A stretch of DNA of 21,883 bases from Fonticula alba ATCC 38817 (taxonomy: Eukaryota; Protista; Nucleariida), in NCBI GenBank assembly GCA_000388065.2, contig KB932204.1; one strand, written 5' to 3'. Of the stretch, positions 1 to 10,069 are shown one piece after another. A program made the position numbers and the translations under genes. Numbering within the stretch: position 1 is the stretch's first letter; every line of letters begins with the position of its first letter. The notes beneath the pieces were generated by a model that saw only the letters and a list, made by a program, of their open reading frames with translations, was not told the DNA's origin and did no database searches.

Positions 1-3000
1 GTGGATGATGAAGCTGGCCGGGGTGTGGAAGGAGGGGAGGCCGCAGGAGGAGGAAGAGAAAGGGAAATCACCGCCGCCCCCCCCCCCCCCCCCCGTCTCT
101 GCCACCCCACGCTTGGGCTGAGTCACAATACTAACGCAGCCGGCTCGCGGGGGCACCAAGACATACCGAACGTGGGCGCCGGGGGTGAAATTCGTGGTCG
201 GAGGAAAACACTGGCGCCCGCATGCCCAGCTCCAGGCGGTGGCGAGACCCCGGGCGGGGATCCCCACAGGGGGCCTCAGCAGGGGTGTGAGAACCGGCCG
301 GAAGCAGCCAGGCCTAACACTGGCGCGAGTGCGGGCACTTGAGCCAGTGAGGCCGGGGACGCACGCGCGCGTGCGTGCATGTGCGCAAATGCACCCCCAC
401 ACAAAGGGGGGCTGGGGGGGGGAGGGGGGGCCGCGGGCAAGCGTGCGAGAGTCCCAGCGGGCAAGCCGGGGGGGCCAGGCCTTGCCGGCCACAGGCCAAG
501 ACACGCCCTCCGGGAGGGACGCGTGCCCATTTCATATGCCCCGTTTGCGGGCGCGAGGCCTTGTACGAGGGCGCTTGCTCGGGCCATACTGGGGGCGGGG
601 GGAGGGGGGGCGAGCTTCGATGGTAAGAAGCGCCGGCGCCGACGCCGGCTCCGGCGACCGTGCCGGCGGCAGGTGGATTGTCAGATGCGGGGCTTCCCGG
701 GAGGCCGGGTATGTTGGTTTGTCTCTGCGCCCATTGCACCGGCGCGCGCGCGGGGGGGGGGGGGGGGGTGTTTTCTTGGTTTGCGGTTGGCCAACGCCCT
801 CTGCCTGCCCCCTCCCGGCGTCCCCGGGGGGGGGGGGGGGGGCTGGGGGTCTGGAGGCGGGACGCTGTCACACGGCCCGCTTCTGCCACCCGCCGAGAGC
901 ACCGGGGGGCACGGGCCCGACGAGCTGGAGGCGACAGGCGGCGGGACAAAACACCGGCCGCGCGATGGACGCGACGACGCCCGCGGACGCCGAAGACACC
1001 CGACCAACACCCGCGAGGGCGGGGGAGACCGGTGAGACGCCGGCTGCCGGGGTCCCAAGAAGAGCATGGGGCCAGGCCGACGACGCCCGGGCCGGTGCGT
1101 GGCGAAGGCCCATGGCGGCCGGCCGGGCTTGTGAGATGGGCCGGCGCTTTTCTCGCGGCCCAGAGGACGATGAGGGGCGAGAGCGCCGCGTTGCCGGAGC
1201 GAAACTCGGGGTAGCCCGGGTTTCGTCCCGGGGTCGGCCGGCGCCGCGGCCGGCAAGGGTGTGGTTGAGTGTGCGAACGTCCTCGGCGGCGAGGAAGGGG
1301 GCCCAAGACCGGAGGGTGCCGCACATATAACGCGGGGGCCGGCTGAGGTCGGCCACCAGGCGCCCCGGCGGGGCCGGGCCGCCGGGGCGGGCCGGGGCGG
1401 GGGGCGCCGGGGCAGAGAGGCCCTTGTCCCGGCCCCTCCGCCGCGCCGTATCCCTTGCGGGGAAGGGCGTGCCCGGGGAGGGGGGGGGGACATGTGTGGC
1501 TCCACCGCGGGCGATCCCGACCCGGGCAGAGCGCGAGCGGCAACAGCGAACGGGCATGTGTCGGTCCGAGGGTGTGTCTTTTTTTTTTGTTGACCTCAGA
1601 GTACGAGTGCGTCCGCCCCGTGGCCCCGGGCCGAAGCCCGCGGAGTGCTGGCACGGGGGGGCGACCACCACCGCCTTTGCCCCTGCGGCGGGGTGCGGAC
1701 GCCGTGGCTCTTCCAGTGGGAGCAGCCGGGCCCAGGGCGGGGCCAGACGGGCAGCGGTGACGCCGGCGTCACCCCGGCCGCCCACGCGCGGACATGCACG
1801 CATGGATGCTCGCGTGTAAGGCGAGAAGGCCACGCCGTTCGGGGGCATTTTGTTTGTTTGCCTGTTGTGGTGGCTGTCCGAGCGGGCGCCGGCGGGGGGG
1901 GGGGGGGGGGGGGTAGTGCCTGCTACAGGCGGCGGCGGGGATCGCGAGCCCCGGGGACCGCTGCGCGTACCGAGCCACCGCCCGGCCGGGCCGCCTGCAT
2001 CGGTGCAGTCGCCCGGGCCGGGCCCGAGGCAGGAAGCGCAGGCCGGGTGGCAGGGAAGGCAGGCCCCGGTCCTCCCGGGTGCCGGAGGCAGGTGAGCAAC
2101 AACATGGATGGCCCCCCTCCCCGCCTTGCCCCGGTGCAGCGGGCCTGGCTGCCGGGTCCGCGAGCGTGCGACCGCAAAGGGGGCGCCGGTCAAAAGCGAG
2201 GCGGTGAATTGGCTGAAAGGGGCCCCCCGGGGGGGGGACGATCCGCGTGGAGACCGGGACCGATGGAGCAGCCGGCCTTTCCCGAGGGGGGGGGGGGGGC
2301 GCTTCGCGCGAGGATGTGGCCCTGGTTCGGGTGTCACCCGAGAGCCGGCCGGCCGCGCGGGGGGAACTCACCCAGCCGGGGATCGTCCGATGCTCCGCCC
2401 GACGTCTCGGACCCCGGGGACGGCCATGTCCACTCTGGCCCGCGCTGTCCCCGCCCCCCCCCGTCCCCTCGCCGGCGCCCTGACTGTGCCTGCTCTGCGC
2501 CGAGGGGTCGAGTCTTGGAGAGCAGCGGGCTTTTGCCAGCGTGCAGGCCTGCCCCTCACCCGGGCCGCTTGCGATGGCGTTGGGCAGGCTCGACCGGGCG
2601 CAACTTCCCCGGCCGAACGGATGCCGTCATTGCGTGACTCGCATGCCTCTACACCAGGGTATGGTAGCCGGCAGCAGGCGCCGGATATTGGCCGTGGCCT
2701 TGTTTCAAAAGCCCCCCACTTCGCCTGGGTCCCCGGCCGAAGGAGGCACCTTCCTCCGGGCTGGCAGGCTGGCAGGCAGGCTCCACCGAGGACGCACCGG
2801 CCCCCGGGCCGGCCGCGCCTCAAGGCCGCCAGGCCCGTGCCCGGTGCATGGAACGGGGGATGCGGGCTTCGTGCCCGGCCCGGCCCGGCCCGGCCGGGTC
2901 CGAAGACTGCGGGCCTGACGCGGGGGCCTTGCGGTGTGCGGGTGGAAGCGCTCCCGCGTGGTGTCCGCCGCCCCGCCCGGCGCCGCGGCCGCGCCACACG

Positions 3001-3293
3001 CCCAAGGGCCGCAGGCCTTCGTAGGAAACGGAAGGGGCCACCGCCCGGCGGCTGTACCGGGAAAGCCGCAAGCGCCAATGGACCGGAGCCTTCCGAAAGG
3101 GGGCTCTGAATGGCGCGCCAGGTGTCCGGCCCCCTCGCCGCCCCCCGGACCCCCGTCCTCCGGCCAGGGTGGGGCGGGGCGGAAGGGGCACCGAGCGAAT
3201 ATTTGTCCAATATCTGCCACGGGGCGAAGAGGCGCCTGCCCTCCGTTGAGTCCTCCCTGGCCGGATCAAACGCCCCCGGGGCAGGACGCCGCC

Positions 3294-3396
3294 GGGGGGG
3301 GGGGGGGGGGGGGGGGGGGAAAACCCCCCCCCGGGGGGGGGGGGGCCGGGGGGCGGGGGCCCCCCCGGCCGGGGGGGGGGGGGGGGGGGGGGGGGG
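3294..3396 (+). repeat. Poly-G/poly-C cluster (G26-A4-C9-G13-CC-G6-C-G5-C7-GG-CC-G26), G-quadruplex-prone
   Basis: Run lengths counted directly from the sequence. Confidence 0.85.
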
Positions 3397-6007
3397 ACAT
3401 TCTGTCTCTGCTTGTTCCTTGGCGGCAACGAGGGCCGGCCCGGGGGCGGGAAGGTCCGGCCCGGGGCCGATCGGCGGGCGCTCGTAACAAGCGCCGTCGC
3501 CGGCCGGTCGGCACCCCGTGGGGCGCGGGACATTCTCCCCGCAGAGACACCCGCCCGGAGGCGCGGCCATATCCAAATCCGCATTCTCCAGAAGTGCGGG
3601 CGCTTGGGCGAGGCAAAAATGCCCTCGGCCGGGCGGGGGAAAAGGGAGGAGCCGCGGGGCTGGAGCCGAGAGGGACCGGCGCTGATGCGTCGGCAGGCGC
3701 TGGGCCCTCGGGAGGGCCGAGCCCGAGCGCGTGCGCGTCGGTCGAGAGACAGACCATCCGGCGGCGGCGGCGGCGGTCTCTGGGCTCAGGCGAGGCGGCC
3801 GGCGCTCCGACTGCCAGCGCGCATTGGCCGCACAGTGGCTGGCACGCGGCAGCGTGCCCGAGGGTGGTGTGGCTCTCGGGAGGAATGCATGCTTGGCCCA
3901 TTTTTACGGACCATCCCGGGGTGCGGGTTAGACTCTACCGGCCGAACTGGGCCCCCCTGTCGGAGGGGAGTCCCCTGGGATGGGGGCGGGGCCGAGAGGC
4001 CGGCCGGGGCACGGTGGCGAGGAGGAGAGCGGGCCTTTCGCCGCTCGCCTCTTCTGCGCCCCACTTTGCCCTCGTGCCGCTGCCGAGCCGCGCGTGCGTG
4101 TTTCCCCCGAAACGAGGGGCATCGGTGCGCTGGAATGGATCGACACGTAGGAGACGATTCCCGGAAGCCGGCGACGCCGCGAACGAGACTCAGGCATGTG
4201 GCCGGTCGCCGGGGAGGCGGGGCGGGAGGCCCGGGCGAGGTAGCGCCAAATTCCTCCAGCCATGGGCCTCCGCCGGCCGGTGGTGGAGGCCCTCTTTCGG
4301 TGTGTGCCCCCCCCCCCCCGGGGACTTAGCGCTGGGGCCTCGGCAAAGCATATGGAAGAAACCAGACCCGGCTGGGGCGGCAGTAAGAGCAAAAAAAAAA
4401 AAGGCCCAGCCCGCCTCTTGAACAAGGCCGTGAAGAAGCACCCCTGGCTCGGGGGGCCGTCGTGGCCCGGAGCCGGCTGTCCCGGCGGAAAACCAGCGGC
4501 GAAGAAGGACGCGGCGGACACCATGCTGTCGGGTGGTTTTCGGGCGGGCCCCCGGGCCCACCGGATGGACCCGAACCTTTCCCGGAAGGCATGGCCGCGG
4601 GCCATGCCTCATGAACACCGGGCCCGCCTGCGGAAAAGGGCCACGGCTGGGGCTGGGTCAGTGGGCCGCGGGAAAGCCTGCCCGGGGCCCGGGCGGGGGG
4701 GGGGGGGCGGGCGGCAACCAAAAGGCCAACGGGAGGGAGAGCGAGAGAGAGCGAGGGAGGGCGACGGCGAGGCCGCAAGCAAGCGCCAGTCCGCCGGTCC
4801 GCAAGCCAGGTCTCCTTGTGTGATCTCGGGGGGGATGAGGCGTGCGGGGGCCATGTCGAGGCACTGCCGGCGGAGCCGCCCTGCCCTCCGGCCCCCCCCC
4901 CCTGCCGCCCCTCTGACCACATGCGCATGCCTGCATGGGCGCACGGGTGCACGCACGCGCACGCCGGGTGGGACAGGGCGGACCCCGGGGCATGGGGAAA
5001 AGTAGCACCAAAAAGGGGCCGACGCCTGCGGGTGCACCGCCCCACCAGGCAGCTGGATGAGCAATAGCACTATCGTTTCTCTGGCAACCGCTGCCCGGGG
5101 CGCATAAACAAACAAACAAACAAACCCCCGCGTCGCCGGCCGCGAGGGCTCTCGACATGGGCCCTCGGACGAGCGTCGGCCGCCCCGGGCGAGCGCGCCT
5201 GCCGGGCCGGCACCGCGCATTTGTGTGAGAGCGGCGCGCCCGGGCCGACGCTCGCGAATGGGGCCCAGTCGGCTGATGCCAACACCGACTCCGTGCATGG
5301 GACAAGGGGGCGGGGGCAGGGGGAAGGAGCCCAGCCGGAAGGGCGGACCCCAGAGACAGGTCGGCTGCGGGAACGCCCTGGGCCGCCCCCCGGCCCCCGG
5401 CCCTCCCCTCCCCCCCCCCCCGTCGGGCCGCCCCAGGGGAACGTGGGACCGCTCGTGCGCCGCGGCCAGCCGGTCGTTTCTGCACCAGGGGCGCGTAAGA
5501 CGCCCGGACGCTTTGGGCTAGACCGCCGCCGTGCCTCGGGGCCCGAGGTCACCCCCGGCCACCAGGGCCGCGGAGCGGCGCTCGCCCGGTGGGGCACACT
5601 CGCGGCCGGCCGGGGCGAGTGCCCGCCGGGGCCGCTGCCTCGACCGTGTCTCGGGTCGCCCGTCGGGCCGCGCGCATGCTTGGATGCCGGCGCAAAGGAT
5701 GACCCCCGGGCCTGGGCCTTTCGCGCCGCAACGCCCCGGCCGCGCGACCCGGACACACACGGCAATGCCCGGGCCCGAACCGCACCCCGGCCGGCCGAGG
5801 GAAGTGCAGCGTGAGGCGCCGAAAGCCGTTGGCATGTGGGCTGCCCCAGATGCCGGCGGATGAGGCCAGGCTGCCCGCCTGGGCCCGGGCCCCGGGCCGA
5901 GTAATGGCCCCCCCACAAGCCCCCCCCCCCCCCCCCCGCCAAGAAACCAACAAAAGCAGGCCCAGCAAGTACGGGCGGGCAAAAGGGCTGCCGACTGGCC
6001 CGACCTT

Positions 6008-6048
6008 CCCCCCCCCCCCCCCCCCCCCCCCGCCCCCGCCCCCGCCCC
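6008..6048. repeat. Poly-C tract (C24) followed by GCCCCC repeats
   Basis: Read directly. One of many homopolymer runs in 1-7400. Confidence 0.8.
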
Positions 6049-8399
6049 TCCGCACCAAGCGAGCCATCCCGGCCCGTACTGGCCGGCAGGACCCCGGGGC
6101 CAGCGCGAGTCGGCAGAGGCCGCCACGCGTCGGCTCCTCCTGTGGGCACGGGGCAGACGTGCCCATTGGCAACGCCTCAGCGCCCGGTTGACAGACGGAA
6201 AGATCACCTCCAGCGGCCGGTATCCGGGGGGCGGGGCGAGCGCCAGCGTGCGTTTCTCGCACCTCTCGGCGCAACCGCCGACCCGACCCCCGGGGCAGGC
6301 CCCCCCTGTTTTTTCCCGGACAGGGGGCGGCGCACGCGGGCCGGCTGGGGCGGCAACAACCAAAGATAATAGTTGATGATTGGACCCCCACGAAAGAGCG
6401 GCCAAGGGAGCCGGGCAGGCAGCGAGAGCGGGTGGTGGCGCATCGTGCTCGGGCGGCTGCCCGGTATCCGGGCCCCGGGGTGCTCGCGCGTGGGCGCCAC
6501 GAACCCACCTGAGGTGCGAGATCCGGCGCCGGCGCCGCAGGGCCCACTGCCCGAGTGCGGACACCGGTGTTCCCACCTGGCTGCCAGACGGTGGCGGGCA
6601 CCCGTGCCTCGGGGGAATGCCCGCCACGGCGGGCGCGCGCCCCCCCCCCCCCCCCCCCCGAGGCCCGTCGCCGCGCCTGTGGGCGGACATCGGTGGGTCA
6701 AAGGGCCTGTCATTGCGCGGGGCAGACACAGCGAGAGGCCGACAGAGGCGAGGCGAGAGCGGGAACGCTCGGGGCCCCGCCCCGTTCCCCCGATGAGGAT
6801 GGCTGAGTGTGATAGTTGCCAGACCACACACACACACACACGCACATCCACTTGGATCTGGGGACGCAGCTCCCGTTTCAGAGGCACCGCCGCAGCCGCA
6901 GCAGGGGGACCGGTGCAAGGACTTTCCCATTGTCCCCCTGCCTTCGCGGTTCCGCCTGATTGCATCCCTCTCCGGGGCCCCCCCCCAAAGCCGGAAGCGC
7001 CCGACGCCAGGGGGGGGGGGGGGGCGTCGCATCCCCGTCTCTCCGACCTGCTGCCAACCAAGCGGCCAAGGCACCGACAGGTGGGAGCACAGCCAACAAG
7101 GCCGGGATCCAGGCCGCTCGGTCCCGGGTCAAGGTGCTTGAGTCAGTGTGAGTGAGAAGACCCACCTCACAGGAGGCGAAGCTCCGCCAGGGGCAGGCCC
7201 GACCCCGGAGACCGGTGTTCAGCTCGCTCGAAAGTGGCCACCGCGCCCCCTCCCCCGTCCAGGACGGCCAGGCACGCCGCGTGCCCAGTCTTTCCGGTGT
7301 TGAGGGTGACTCAGAGGCCCGGGGCTGGCCCCTCGCGGCCTGCGGGATGCCGAAGTGCAGCCCGCCCCTTCCGCCCCCCCCCCCTCCCCACACACACACA
7401 CACACGCAGGCTGCTGCCGTGGCGCGGGATGCCTCGAGGCCAGAGGCGAATCGAAAATTGCATCCAGACGTGCTGGCCGAATCGCGCAGGGATCCCGGCG
7501 AACGACCCGGCCACCTCGGCGGGCGAGACTGGTTTGGCCCGGCAGCCGCATCTGGCAAGGCCATACACCCAAACGCCAGACATGCTAGCGGGAGCGGGGG
7601 TGGAGCCCACTCCCCCCCGGGCCCAGGCCGATCCAAGCGCGTCCGTGCCGACAGTCAGAGGACACCGAGAACGGCGGAGTTCCGGGCCGGCTGGATGTCC
7701 CCGGTCCTGGGCCCCGGCAAATGCGCGGCTCTCTCGGCCGCGCACCGCCTCAATAAATGGAAAAAAAAAAAAAGGCCCGGGGCATCCTCCTCCAGCCCTC
7801 CCGTGCCCCTTTCGACCGGCAGGCGCCCAGCCCAGGCCTCCCGATCGTACACCCAGCCCTGTGCCTTGTTTGTCCTGCCCGCCACTATCCCAGGCCCCGG
7901 GACCGTGCCCCAGGCCAGATCTTTTCCCCAGATGCCTCGCCGCGGAGGGGTCCTCCTCCGGCTCCCCGCACGCACATACCAATGCTCAGTGAGTCGAAAT
8001 CGGCGGAGACACCTGGATGATGAGCACCCGACTCCAAATGTCGCAATACTGCCTGCCAGCACCCTGGCCGACCCCAGCCTGACCCGTACCCCGCCCCTCC
8101 CTCTCGCCCGACGAATCGCGCTGAGGGCGCTTTCCATTTTCAGACAATTGGTCGGCTACCTCCGGTGCCCACCGACCCCCTCCTCCTCGTTCTGCTGCTC
8201 GAGGCGCGCGTCAGGCATGCACCGGCCACGGGGAACAATACAGGCAAGGCAGCGGCCGCGGGGAAGAGGGGGTCGCGCGCGCGCAACCGAGAACACGGAA
8301 GAACCGCGATGCCATCTCCATGTCTCGCGCCCTCGAGGAGCACACTGAAAAGGGCGCCGGGCGAACAGCTGCCAAACTGTGCGCCCATTGTTGTCGCGG

Positions 8400-8427
8400 A
8401 CGCGCGCGCGCGCGCGCGCGCATGTGC
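8400..8427. repeat. (CG)10 within a 28-nt alternating purine-pyrimidine tract
   Basis: A + (CG)10 + CATGTGC, read directly. Confidence 0.9.
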
Positions 8428-9095
8428 CCCGGGCCCCGAGCCCGCATCGAGCCATCGTGCATCTATGCATACGACCCGGCCACACCCTCGCGGAGCAACG
8501 CCCCTGCCCACCCCCAAGCCGCCGGCGGTCGAGGCGTGGGAAGAATGGGGACCTGGTGACCCTGGGCCCGCGCGGGGAAGGGTGGAGGGGTAAATTCCAC
8601 CCTCGTCCGGGTGAGGCCCGCCGCCCTGCCCTTTGGGCCGGTGTTTTCTTACAGGCCTATAACAACCAATAAATACACATTTTTAAGTGGCCTGACTGCC
8701 GCCGAGGGTGCGCACATGCACCAGGCCCAAAGGGCAGGGCGGCGGGCCTCTGTTTCTGGCCGATGTTACACCCCTCCCCCGGCCCGGCCCCCAGCCCGAG
8801 GAGAAGTCGATGCATTGTCATCTCGCCACATGCCAAGCCGGACGCAGGCATCCTCGCTGGAATTCACCCCTTGGCCGTGGCTTTTCCAGGAACTGCCGCC
8901 TCTCTCTCACCCCCCGTTGGCCCCCATTCCTCGGCCTGCATGTACGGACCCCTGCACCCGGGTGCAATGGGGGGCATCCCTGATTTTCTCCGGCCCTGTT
9001 TCGGTGCCCCTGTGTAAAGTCCATGAACCAGATGCGCACATATCAAGCACAGCCCGATTCCTGACACTTCCCGGCCCTGCTGAGGGGGCCCTCTT

Positions 9096-9300
9096 TCTGT
9101 CTCTGTCTCTCTCTCTGTCTCTCTGTCTCTCTCTGTCTCTCTCTCTCTGTCTATCTCCCTCTCTCTCTTTCTGTCTCTCTCTCTCTCTGTCTATCTCCCT
9201 CTCTCTCTTTCTGTCTCTCTCTCTCTCTGTNNNNNNNNNNNNNNNNNNNNNNNNNNNNNNNNNNNNNNNNNNNNNNNNNNNNNNNCTCTCTCTCCCCCTC
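9096..9300. repeat. Compound (CT)n/(CTGT) microsatellite with a 40-bp tandem unit, interrupted by a gap
   Basis: 9141-9180 is identical to 9181-9220, and a partial third copy (9221-9230) runs into the N gap. Confidence 0.9.
9231..9285. other. Assembly gap (55 N) inside a CT microsatellite
   Basis: N run. Confidence 0.99.
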
Positions 9301-9504
9301 TCCCCCCTCTCTCCAGGCCCGGACCCCCCGTCTCGCCCCCTGCACCGACCATTTTCGTCGACACATCGGGTGTCTCGGCTTTCTCGATCTCCTTCCCGTG
9401 CCTGAGTCCTCGCTCCTCGGCCCCACATCCCCTGCTACCCTGCGACCCGACAGTCAGATCGGTGATTCCCCCCACCCCACCCCCGACTCCACGCATTTGC
9501 AACA

Positions 9505-9655
9505 GATCCCATTCATGAAAGGGGTATATTTCAATATGGTGTGCTGCCCGGACTTTCAGTCGAAAGCGTCATACTACGCGTGGGCGAGAAGCCCGCGCCC
9601 TGGGGGGGGGAGAGAGGAGGATGGCGCGGGTGTGCGCCAGTCTTCTATATACAAG
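9505..9655 (-). terminator. Possible 3'-end processing region of the U-box/TPR gene
   Basis: Locally AT-rich patches in otherwise GC-rich DNA about 170-310 nt past the stop codon (minus strand TGTATATAGA and CATATTGAAATATAC). Function is inferred only. Confidence 0.25.
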
Positions 9656-9820
9656 GAGATGTGCTCCGGATGCCTGTGTGCGCCCACAGAGCGACGCAGA
9701 GAGATGGCAGAAAGAGAGGGAAGCTCGACAGGATGCCCGCACATATACGCATGGACGTGCCCCCCGCCCCCCTACGGGGCCTTGGCATGGGGAGGGGCCC
9801 GCACGAAAAGGGGCGTCTCT

Positions 9821-10069
9821 CTACATGTGAACCAGGAACTTCCAGAGGTGGGTGATCTCGCGCAGATCTTCGTTGGTCTGGACTTCGTGCTCATAGTAGG
9901 CCAGGGCCCGCGACGCGGTCAGGGCCACATGCTCCACGTTCAGGACCGGCCGCCGGGCCAGGTGGTACAAGTACACGAAGGAGGCCACATCATCACCGGT
10001 CGACAGCGCCGGAGGGGCATACCCCCCCGGGAGCGGGTGCGCGGCCACGCCGATGCGCTCGAGGGTGGT
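9821..10069 (-). CDS. Probable terminal exon of the U-box/TPR gene (5' boundary uncertain)
   Basis: Coding-like, helix-rich frame TTLERIG...DVASFVYLYHLARRPVLNVEHVALTASRALAYYEHEVQTNEDLREITHLWKFLVHM then TAG (9821-9823). A phase-0 acceptor GAAG| at 10070 is the first AG after a CTAAC at about 10166-10170. The frame stays open up to about 10547. Confidence 0.6.
   Translation of the reverse strand, partial: TTLERIGVAAHPLPGGYAPPALSTGDDVASFVYLYHLARRPVLNVEHVALTASRALAYYEHEVQTNEDLREITHLWKFLVHM

Noticed and set aside
207-326. Direct repeat AACACTGGCGC at 207-217 and 316-326 (CRISPR-like or target-site duplication)
   Set aside because: Only two 11-bp copies, which is expected by chance. There is no array and the context is eukaryotic.
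4587-4609. Perfect 10-bp hairpin as a terminator or ncRNA
   Set aside because: There is no U-tract or larger fold, and such stems are expected by chance in GC-rich DNA.
4400-4620. Coding-looking patch (plus LNKAVKKHPWLGG, minus SMVSAASFFAAGF...GCFFTALFKR)
   Set aside because: Both strands look equally plausible, with no convincing splice-site pair or recognisable homology. Left uncalled.
185-8350. Many overlapping 200-520 aa ORFs rich in Gly/Pro/Arg/Ala
   Set aside because: They run through homopolymers and microsatellites in all six frames, as expected from stop-codon scarcity at very high GC. I found no recognisable motif or consistent exon chain.
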